Source: Amoebophrya sp. A120 (lineage: Eukaryota; Protista; Dinoflagellata). From it: a stretch of 64,000 nt of DNA. The notes beneath the pieces were generated by a model. That model was not told the DNA's origin and did not search any database. It worked only from the letters and a program-made list of their open reading frames with translations. Location of the stretch: NCBI GenBank assembly GCA_905178155.1, contig CAJINV010000004.1, positions 218,969 through 282,968 of the forward strand. Reading direction: 5' to 3'. This document shows, piece after piece, positions 1 through 10,400 of this stretch; within the stretch, counting starts at the first letter, position 1, and every line of letters starts with the position of its first letter. Position numbers and translations under genes: made by a program.

Positions 1-133
1 TCAAAGCAGGGACCGCTACTGGGCCGATTGTCTTCGCCCAGATTGCTGCTTCCATGTCCCCGCGCCACCTGGCTGCGACATACGGCAAGAGGGATGGGTC
101 TGCGGCGTTGTGTTTTCAAATGAGGGCTGGCTG

Positions 134-187
134 GGGAGGGATGGTCGGAGAGGGTTGGTCGGAGAGGGTTGGTTGGAGAGGGTTGGC
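134..187. repeat. Tandem 14-bp repeat (GGAGAGGGTTGGTC) x ~4
   Basis: Directly visible: ggtcggagagggttggtcggagagggttggttggagagggttgg. Confidence 0.85.
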
Positions 188-2187
188 AGATATTTTTTTT
201 TCAAGCTTTTGGCAGTATTCAAACGACGTCAGAATCACGCACGTGATTTGTGTACAGTAGATTTAATCTGCATGGTATGGTCAATTGGATGCTGCTCCTA
301 TACGCCACTTTCTAAAAGAAAAACGGCGTACAGGAGCATGCTTCGCTTCACCATACCATGCGGGAAAAATCTACTGTACAGAAACAAGTCGCGTGTTTTC
401 GGCGGTCTGAAAGCTAGAAGTCGAGCCCTGCAAAAAATTTTTGCAGACCTCGCGAGCATTTTTTTCGCAAGAAAATGTCGCGGCTTTTTCCCGCTGGCAA
501 CGATCTGCGTGTCGGAGATCTCGCCGCGCGGGTTGTGAAGCTGATCAGCCCAAGGGAGAAACTGCCTCCGTGCGTGAACGCTACAAAAGGCCAAAACTAG
601 CCAGCGCATCGAGTTGGAAACTAGGTCTGCCAGCTTGCCCAAATGCATTAGCGGCTGCTTTCAAAAAGTCGAGAACCAAATCAAACACAGCCGCCCACTG
701 ACTAGTCTCTCACCCAAAACAAAACTGCCTAATTTCGTCAATCGGCCGGGCAGGCTCATTGTTGTATCCTCCTCGGTGTATCTCCTGTCGCATGTCCCCG
801 CCCAGAAATGCGCGCAATGCGGCGCAGGGTCGGCACAGTTAGACGCCCCTGTCCCGAAATTTAATAGCGATGCATGTTGTGCCGCGGTCGTTATGAGTCG
901 AGGGAGGGGGCGACAGGCGAAGGCTTTCCGGGAAGAATGTTAAAGACGCTAGCTGGTTAGAGAAAGCTACTGCAGCGCCGTGAGTCCGGATCTCACTAGC
1001 AATACCATGCCGGGTAGATGTATTCAGTCGGCAGCACCCGAGAAAGCTGCAGCCTTTTTTTTTTCGAAGCCGCGTTTCTTTTCAATTTTGCATGACAAAC
1101 AATGGCGATTTGTACGAGTGCAGGAAATTTACTATGGATACCTTCTACGGCGAGGAAGTGGCGCAAAGAAGGCAGGGCACAATGCGAAAGGGAGCGCCAG
1201 TAGAAGCACGCAAGGGGTGGCCGGGGCCTGTGGGGTCATTCAAACAAAGAAAGCAACGGCCCCGCCCGGCTAGCCACACTCCAGCTTGGCCACAGCCACC
1301 CGAGGGCACAAGGAGGGGAAGGCGCCGTGGGTGGCGACGTGCCACGCAGAGGAAGTAAGGCCCCGGGGGAAAATGCGAACCCCCCCGGGCCTTGCAGACC
1401 AGACCTTGTCGGAAGGCAGCGACCACAGAAGATGGGACAAATTTCAAAGATATGGCTTTTCCCGGCCCCGCCAACCGGGAGAGAAGGGGCGGGGGCAAAT
1501 TAGAAGGGCGCCAAGCCTGCCACCTCCGGCGCGCTGCTTCCGTGCGCCCGGCCCCCTCGCCGGCTACTAGTAAGGTGCCACGCTCGGCGAACTAGCCCCG
1601 CGCGGTCTTTTTTGCTAGCAACATGAGCGCCGCGCGGGCTTCTGTGGCTAAGTACGCTAGTCGCGGCCGTTGCCATCGTTGGGCGCTTTTTGCTAGTCGT
1701 TGCCACCAATGGCAAACACACCTCAGATTCTGTTTTTGGTTAGTCCCGTCGGTAGCCACTTTGTGCGCCCGCTGTCTACTCATAGTCAAGATCTTCAACC
1801 TCAAGCCCACTCGCTGACTAGTTCAGCCCTACTGCGCTCCGATCCCATTTTCTCAACTTTTTCACCCCCATCGCTGCCCAGTACCAGGCCGGCTGCCTGT
1901 GTCCGCAAAAACTGATTAGTCACTTTTTTTGACTTGTAAAGAAGGCGAGCGGTTCTGCATAGTTCACGACACATCAAAAATCTGTGTTGAGCCCGAAAAG
2001 GCGCGCGTGAGACTTTTGCTCCCCAAGAAGTACAAGCGAACGTCTGTTCATGCGGGCTGGGCATGCATGGGCATCGTGAAACGTTCACAAAAACTGTGGC
2101 GCTTGTGTGCGCGTTCCGGATCCAGACCTGCAGCACAACTTGAAGCAAGCGTATTCTTCGAGACCCAGACATAGTTTGCAGTTGATA

Positions 2188-2334
2188 TGGTGCCGGGGGT
2201 TTCTCTTCCGCATATGGAACAGATGAGTACAAACAAATGGGCGGGCTTCGGCGGCTCACGAGAGAAATTATAATACAACCTGCGTATATGGTAGACGAGG
2301 ACGGGGACGAGACCGATGAGGAAAGTTCAAAAGT
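2188..2334 (+). CDS. Isolated internal exon of an upstream host gene (GAGGFSSAYGTDEYKQ...EDGDETDEESSK)
   Basis: Open frame between a family-1 right TIR (ends 2187, gacccagacatagtttgcagttgATA) and a family-3-like left TIR (TATcc at 2335). Neighbouring exons not resolved. Confidence 0.5.
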
Positions 2335-4472
2335 TATCCAAATCAAGAGGCGCCCCTCCTTGTTCCCATGATATATTGCGCAGCAACATGATTATTACAC
2401 AGCAGTACTTTCTGCAGGTGGAAGGCATTGATCTCGGGGAGAAGATTACAAGCCCCCCTGTGCAGTAGGGAAATTGAAAGTCCTAGCTGCTCGGCATCAT
2501 GACAAATGCCACTACGATTGTAACCCAATAAAGAGCTACAAGAACGCATGAGACCGCTCATGAAATGCGCAGCCCTCGCCCCCACTTTACGCGACGAAAC
2601 GGGCGTCGTGCCATGGAGTTTTGGTTCGATCGGCTAGACCCAGTCGCGGTTGATTGGGGTCCGATATTGTTCCTCTGTATGGCCGCACGAAGTACGGCTA
2701 AAGGTGCCTGAAAAGGCATGAGAACTGGCCCCAGTCTTGATGATGTGTCAGACTGGGGATTCGGCCCGCGGCTCTAGCGTTGAGGGTTCGAGTAGCCTCT
2801 TAGGCAGCCCCACAATATGGAGCAAGGCATCGGGATAAGGATATGGTTGGCAGTTGCCTCCTGAAAAAGACGTATGCAGTTGCGGCGGACACACAGTGTG
2901 GTGTAGGAAAGGCTCCGTCGGAGCCTTTTTCTCTAGTTTTCCAGCCAGGTAGTGGGGGCTTTCGGCCGGGTTGGTGCAGATTAAACCTCAATGGTTTATT
3001 GGGGCCAAACGGCACGGCATGAGCTGCCTGTGGCATTGCAGGAGAGAAGGCTTCGGCAGCCGGTAGGATAGTTCTATAGCTTTGGATCGGACGAGCCCAG
3101 TTGACCGGCATGGCATAAGTATGAGGCCGCTTTGGATGGTTGACAGGCACAGGCACGAAGTGGAACCAAGAAAGAGAAAGCGCAGCGTGTCGGAGGTAGA
3201 ATCTTTTTTGGGTTGCAGGAAGTGCTCTTGTGACCTTGTGTAGCTTGTAGTTGGAGTTGGTACCCCCCCGGTCCGGCAAAACACTCCGGAAGATGGCAGC
3301 CATCTGTAGGACCGAAGATGGTGCTATGACTGCGGCATTGCAGATGAAGCATTGGAGTAGTACATGGCTTCTTGGGTGGTCTGTAGCCGTCGCTTGGCTC
3401 TGGGCATCAATGTGGTCTCCCGACTATGACCGCGGGCGGTTTCTTTATTTTGGTTTTCGTTCGCTGCGCCGCGGCGGTGCTCTGTGCCAGGTTGAAGGTC
3501 GTGCTCTCCTGTAGCCTACGAGGACCGTCGAGTAACCAAGACCCGAAGAACTTATCGGACCCGAGGAACTCATCGGAGCCGTGTTTTTGGGCGGTGTTGG
3601 TTGCTGTAGGGGCCCTGTCTGTCTATCTATCTATCATTTCTTTCGAAAACAGGTTGCTCTGTAGGGGGGTGGAGGAGGTCTTGGTATTGGCGTTCTACGC
3701 GACAAAAGTCCACCACGCATTTGCGTGCAGAAATCTACCCGATTGACGACCTCGAGTCCTCTCTTGATTGAGTTTGGAAAGGGGGGAGAGCCTTTCACCA
3801 CAAAACCAGTTCAGACGTACCCAGAGCTGGATGGCCGCCTCACGTTCGAGGAGTGCGTGCACGCCTGCTTGTGGTATTTGGAGCCGAGCGTGGAGAGATA
3901 TCGGGATAGAAACGTCCCTACGCCATTAACTCCGGTCAGAAACTTCTATCTAGTAACTCTCTTTGTTTTGTGACTATTGATTCCCGTTTAGGTATCTATA
4001 TGTCACTTTTCAGCCAATATTCTTGCAAATGAACAAAAGCGTCACCTATTTACTACAGTGCGCAGTCGCATGTCTGACGAGCTGCGCATTATCATGCAGA
4101 CGCACCATCTTCGTAGCTCCATGCAAAATGACGGCCGTAGAATTTAGGATCTTCGCGCTTCTCAGAGCTAATTCTTCCAAATTTTGTTTTCAAAACGATG
4201 CGAGTTTTTCGTCTCTTCTAGCGTACTAACGCAGGACTGCCCACTCAACTAGTATCAAGCCCATGCCGCGTCTAAACGTCTAGAGAACGAAGACGCCCAA
4301 CAGCGTTGGGCCTGACATCTCGACCTTCGCGCCGTTTGGTTTTAGAGCTTGGGGCCTAGAGTTTCGGATTTCTCGCCGTTGGCCAGCGGCGGCCGTCCTG
4401 GCGCAGCCACTAGTGACCTTAGTTCGGTTCGCGCGGCCCTGGTTGTACTTTTTGACATAAATAACCGAGACA

Positions 4473-7400
4473 ATGCAGCTATCTCCTTGCGCTTGCGTGA
4501 GCGCCACCACGTGCTTGCTCCGCGGGTCGCCTCAGTTCGTAGGCCAGGAACTGTGGCCAGGCTACAGCTTGCGTCCTGAGCCTCAGCCTCTTCAAGTTAT
4601 GCACGGCAAACCTTCCTGGGTCTGGATCTGGAACACAAACAGCGCAAACCTTGTCATGCGTGTTTTCTAGGCCCCCCAATTCCAATGAGCAGGTCTGGGA
4701 TTCAAGACGTAGCGCGACAGATTCTGCGCGGTCTTTCTCTTGCCTCTCCTTGATGAGAAAATCCCTCTCAACTTTCTCCAACAGTGAGCAACTTTTGGCA
4801 ATCACGCAGTGGAGACTTTTGCGTGACCCGCGGGACGTCTCAGAAGTTTGCGACTTTCTGGACTGAGTCATATTTGCGACGCGTAGGCACTAGTCGGCGC
4901 ACTGCAATGAGCAGCATAGCACCTGCTCTACATTGGGCCCGTAAATGGAGTACTATCTTCACTCTTTCAGCAATTTCGAGCTCCCTCGTGTCAATGTGTG
5001 AAGTCTTCTCGTGCCTCGATTCGGTCTTTTTGGAGATGAACAAAAACGCACCATAGTGAAGATTGCAACGCTGCAAGACAGCTCTAGAATTTTTGTGACT
5101 CATGCGTGACACGTTTCCTCGGCTATGAATTGTAGTCGTGCCTATTTCTCGGTCGCAATCCTGATGCGCCGATCGCATCCTAGCTCATATCAAATTTAGA
5201 ATCGCGATTTAATGACATATCTACCTCGGTAGATCCTTTTCGTGTAGTAACTGGGATTTGGGGTCCCCCGTTCGCACTATATCGGCTGGCAGATCCGTAG
5301 AAGCTATTGCACGTTTGCGATCTCCTCCCCTAGAGTGGGGAGGAGCGATGTAGAGTCATCGATATGTGCGTCTGGGGGACGTAGGTTTAGGTGAATTTTT
5401 GCCCTTTTGTTCTACACCGAAGTAGGTGGCGCCAGTGAGGGCATCCCCCAGCGGGGGGAGTTTATTCCTTTTTTCTCACCATAGAGGGTGGCCCCAGCGG
5501 GGGCAGTTTAGCGTGGGCGCGAAAGCCATTGTGAGTTAGGGCCAGCAAGGCCACAGCAGGTTGCTACGATTTCTTTTTCAATCCATGTCTTCGTAGAGAC
5601 ATGGAAGTTTTCTGATACTCATGCTTCAACTGCGCGGCAGGTGAGTACTTGTCTTTGAAGAGCTTGAGGCTCTGTTTATTTTTGCTCAAATGAAGGAAGG
5701 TCTTCAAAAACAAAGGATACGCGCTCAGAGTGTTAGATCGGAAATTGGATCCGACAGTGTGCGGAATGTTAGATGTAGGGCTCGGGTAGCTAGGTCGCTT
5801 CTGAGGCCCCGCGCCAAGTCAACCTTTCTCTCTTTCTCTTCTACTACCAGGCTGCTGTAGTGCTTTTGAGGGCAGATAGTGGTCCGTTCCTTTCCAGATC
5901 TAAGTCTCAGTAGGTGCCGTTAGGGCGATGTGTGGATTTGTCTTACCTTGTCTATCACAACTTTGATTGCAAACATGGCTCGGGGCCGCCCGCATACGTA
6001 TTCATTTAGAGGGCCAGCGCCCAGTGTCTTCGGGACACGTTCTCCGCAATCTTCTCACGCAAGAGCATGGCAGGCGTTCAAAGTGCAGAAAGGCCTGGAG
6101 CAGGCCCGGGAAGTTGGGATTGCGGATTTTCGACAGTTTGCCGCTTTTCTTTTGGCCCAGGGGTTTACCTCTGCGGCGGGTTACCTGTCTTCAGCAGTGA
6201 CGCTAGAAGGGGAGGCGGGAAGAATTAAAAACATTTTATTCCCCCGGCAGCTCCTCGGTCTGCAGCGGGCAATCGGCCGGTACTTGAAATCGCAGAACCT
6301 TCAACCGAAGAAGGCAACGCCCATCTTTTTGGCTTCCCTGGGCCGTATGACACAGCGGGAGAAAGAAATTTTAGTAGTGGCCTCGGCGCTAGGGATCCGT
6401 GGCGACACCCTGACGGCGATTAGCCGCTCGCAGGTCTTCCTGCGTAGGCAGGGAGGTGTGACCCGGTCAGCAGCTTTGATGGTCCGCAAGGACAAAACCT
6501 CGCAGCTACGCCGCATGGAGGTGCTCTGCATGTGTAAGAAGAGCCGGGTGAATGTTTGCCCGGTGTGCTCAGTTGAGAACTGGGCCACGTTGTTTCCGAT
6601 ATCGAAGTGCGAGTTCATGTCTGCCTGTAGGCTAGCCGAGACGAGTGGCCATGGGCCACGTCGTACGTGTGCGATCACGTCGCGCTTAGCATGGAATAGG
6701 AAGAAAGCCGCCAAAGCTCGGCAAAAGCTTGTGGCGGTGGTCTCCAATAGGCAGGGCTGGTCTCTTCAGGCTAGGAGCCTGTCCTTTTTCGAATACAGTG
6801 ATGACTTTGCGCGATTCTCTGACCAGGAGCAGCAGCTTCTATGCTGCTGGTCTCCGGAGGAGGACGACCTGGAGTGAACGCCTGGTGCATTATGTTTCAG
6901 CTCGAGCTACAGGCACTGCACAGCTGGAAACTTCCAAATCGTTTTCTAAAAAACCAGAGTCCGCATAGCGCAGAAATATATTTGCTTCACTTTTGTCCAG
7001 TGGCGGTCTGTTCTATTTCGTGCACGAGTCGCTCGGAAATTGTTGCTACATAAATTTGTTGGTCCCAAATCTAAAATCTGTCAGATCTTGAGCCCAGGGC
7101 TAGCCCGATTTTTCTTGACAGATACGAAATGCGAGTGGTTGAGTATGTTTAGGTCGGTATGGGAAAATCTTTGATCGCAGCAGGAGACGCTGCTTGTAAA
7201 TGGGATCTGGGCCCTCCCCCCCCCTCCCACTTTGGGTTCAGACCGGTTTCTTCTCGCTTATTTTCCACGTACAGGGGACCACGTTAGATACGAGCAAGTG
7301 TATCTTGCCACTTAGTTCACATTCACACTCACATTGAGCATCGCTTTTAGGTTCAGATACAAGATGCCCGCGAAAGCAAAAGCAAAGGCGAAGCACCCGG

Positions 7401-10400
7401 CCAAAGCTAAAGCTCCGGCCAAGCCCAAGGGGAAGGCGCCGCCCCACAAGGCGAAAGCGGTTAAGGCGGTCGCTAAACCGTTTGCGAAAGTGAAAGCCCC
7501 GCCGATGGCGGCCCCCGAAGTTGAAGAAGATGAGATTTGCGCTGCTCTTCTCGCGGAGGAAGAGGGCGAGGCGGGTCCGGCCCGCAAGGGCCCGCCCCCG
7601 GTGAAGAAGCGGAAGGCCGTGCAAGATTTTAGTGACAGTGAGGTCGAGGCCTTTGGGATCTCGCGATCCGAATTATTAGCGCACCAGCGGGAGCCTTCCC
7701 CACTTGATTCGCTGTCCTCGGTAGATGTGCCCGCGGAGAGCCTGGCACGAGCTGTGCTGGACTACAACGGTGTTAGGTCGCTCCACATCTGCAGTAGCGT
7801 GGAGATCAAGGCGCTTAAGGGCATCAAGGCCCTCAATGCTTCGGAGCGGGCCGAAGTGAAGATGATTTTGTCGTCCGCGCCTAAACATAGAACCGCGCAG
7901 ACGACTCGCTTCGGGATTTTCTTTGCAGACCATTTCACTGAACAGGCTTACGGGGTACGAGCGAAGATTGATGCTAGGTTGCCGCTCGAGGATCTGGCGT
8001 CCTACTACAAAGCCGAAAAGGGGTCGCCTACCACTAACGTTATGCTGATTCGCAACACACATAAAGTGCTCCGGAACTCCGACCTGGTTTCAGAGGCGGA
8101 GTTTCATGATTTGACTGCCCTGGGGGAGTCGCGCCGGCTGGATCCGGCTCAGTACCGCGATATCCTGAACGGCGAAGTGCGCGGGGGCACACAGGGCTTC
8201 GGGGCCCGTGTCGTTGGGCAGATTCGCTCTTTACAGATCCCGGCACCGCCTAAACAACTCGCTCCACGTCCCCCGGGTCCGGGTCCTGCCCCGCCCGGGC
8301 GTGCTTCTTCCTCCGGAATCCCTAAGGTCTGGGATCCGGTGAGAGGTGAAGAAATTTTGGCTACTACTTCCAACGTGGGGATTGTTTGCCACGACTTTCT
8401 TCGTGGCCGCTGTAATCGCGGAAGCAGCTGCAGATTCCCGCACGTGTTGCGGTCTCCCTTTGTGATAAAAGATTTGAGAGGGGACGCGCAAGCGCCTCCG
8501 AAGTAGGCACTGCAGCATGTGCAGTTTAGTTTTAGAGGTTGGCCCTCGCCTTCGGCCAAGTGGGTCCGTCGGCGTGTTGCTTTTTACTACTCCTACATGA
8601 ACAAATCCATGCTGGCCTGGTTGCTCTTGGATTTTAGCTCCTAGCGAAAGCTTTGCTCTGTTGTGAGAACAAGATGTGAGTGTGATTGTTGTGAGTGGAA
8701 ATTAGAAACGTTCCGGGCCCCCTTGGCCTGGTACTTATTTCGCGGTCTGGCGTGGCCAGGCTCGCGGGGTGTTCCCTTTGTTGCCCTCGGTCTACATTGC
8801 TCCCTGCATTCCGTCTCTGTTGATTAGGTGTAGATGCCGGTTAGATTCCGAGATCGGAGTGGTAGTTGTGCTCACGAGGTGTTTGTGAGCTGTTAACCTT
8901 CGGTCGAGAGGAGAGTGGCTCTTCACCCCCCGTGGGTTGTCTTTCATTGTGTAGCATAGACATGCTCAGCGGTCGGTCTCGTGTTGCCACGGGGATGAGG
9001 GTTGTTTGGCACTGGCGGTAACCAATCCGTTACCCTTGCAAACTCACCTCCTTGGCGGCGCGGTACTTTGTGATCGTTATGCTCATGCTCTTCTCACCCC
9101 TCAGTTCCCGTGCTGACACGAGACCGCGCCCAGGTTGGCTACTTAGTACACTCGCTTTTCTTGTTTTTCACATTCTGGTGGTTTTTCTCTTGTCGCTTAC
9201 ACCACAGGGTGTGGGTGCTATCTGGGCCCACCCCCCACACTCTACTGTGGAACCGTCGCGAGCGACGGTTTCGCCTTTTTCCTTTGAGGGAGAATTTTAC
9301 TTCCGTTTCACAGAGTCGCGCTCGCCAGCGTAGTGCAGCATCAGAATGGAGTCCTCGCCGGCTGACAAGGTTTCTGCCTTTCTCTCTCGGGTCCAGCGGG
9401 ACCGGGACAGGTTTCTACCAGGTTTGTCGCAGGACAGGAGCCACCCGGCCTTTTCGGGTCGGCGACTGATCTCGCGGCACAACGAACAGTGCCTGCGCGA
9501 AGGCCACAGCTCGTCCTTTGGGGATTTCTCGGACCGGATTCTGGCGGGCGTTTACTGGCTGGCCTGTGCCCGGGCGGACCCAGCGACCGTCTCTCGCTCG
9601 GAGCAGGTCTTGGCAGGTGGTTGGAAGGATACCAGGCCAATCCGGTCGAAGTTCAACTTCGGGGTTATTGAGAAGATTGGCAGAGAGTCTGCTTTTTCGG
9701 GTTTCTCGCATGTATGGCGGGTTTTAGCTTCCGGGGGGGAATCGGTCGGCCCCACTGCGGCTCAAGACTTTTGGCCGTCGAAACTCATGAAGGCGTCGGA
9801 GGGTGGACGTTTGCCCCCGGCCCCAACTACCGGCTCCGGTTCGGGGGACCTAGCAGCCTCGGTTGAGGGTGCGGAAAATATTTCGCGCCTGCGGCAGCGC
9901 AGCTCATCGTGGATGCCGGGTGAAGATGTCAAGCACTGCTGGGATACTACAATCCAAGAAACCGAGGACGGCTGGCTCCAGGGTCCTTTTACCCTGGACG
10001 AAGCTTGGGAAAAGGGGGCGCGCATCCTTCTGACTCGTTTTGCACACCATGAGGCGGACAAGATCCGCCTCTGCGACAATGGTGTGCCTTTGAATGTTTG
10101 CTCCGACATCTCGTCGTCGATGCCGATTCCGTCGGTTCATCATGCTCTCGCCCTTGCTTCGAGCTCGGCGATTTTACTAGAAGAAGGCGGCCCGCCGCGG
10201 GTTGACTTCTGGCGGGATTTGCGGGTGTTTGACCAAGGGGGCAACCGGGCAGACCCCCTGGCCTGTGAAGAGTATGATTTTGATCCTTTCCCGGATGCCC
10301 GCCCGTCCGACCCGGGCTGGCGGGAGGTTGCTTGGGCGGCTTTGGACCACATACCGAACTTCGACGCAGCGGAGGATGGTGCGGACCCTGAGGGTGCGGG

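Noticed and set aside
5975-6877. YR as the enzyme that mobilises the introners
   Set aside because: Introners have TIRs and 5-bp duplications typical of DDE transposition; tyrosine recombinases do not generate such TSDs. No DDE transposase is visible in the window.
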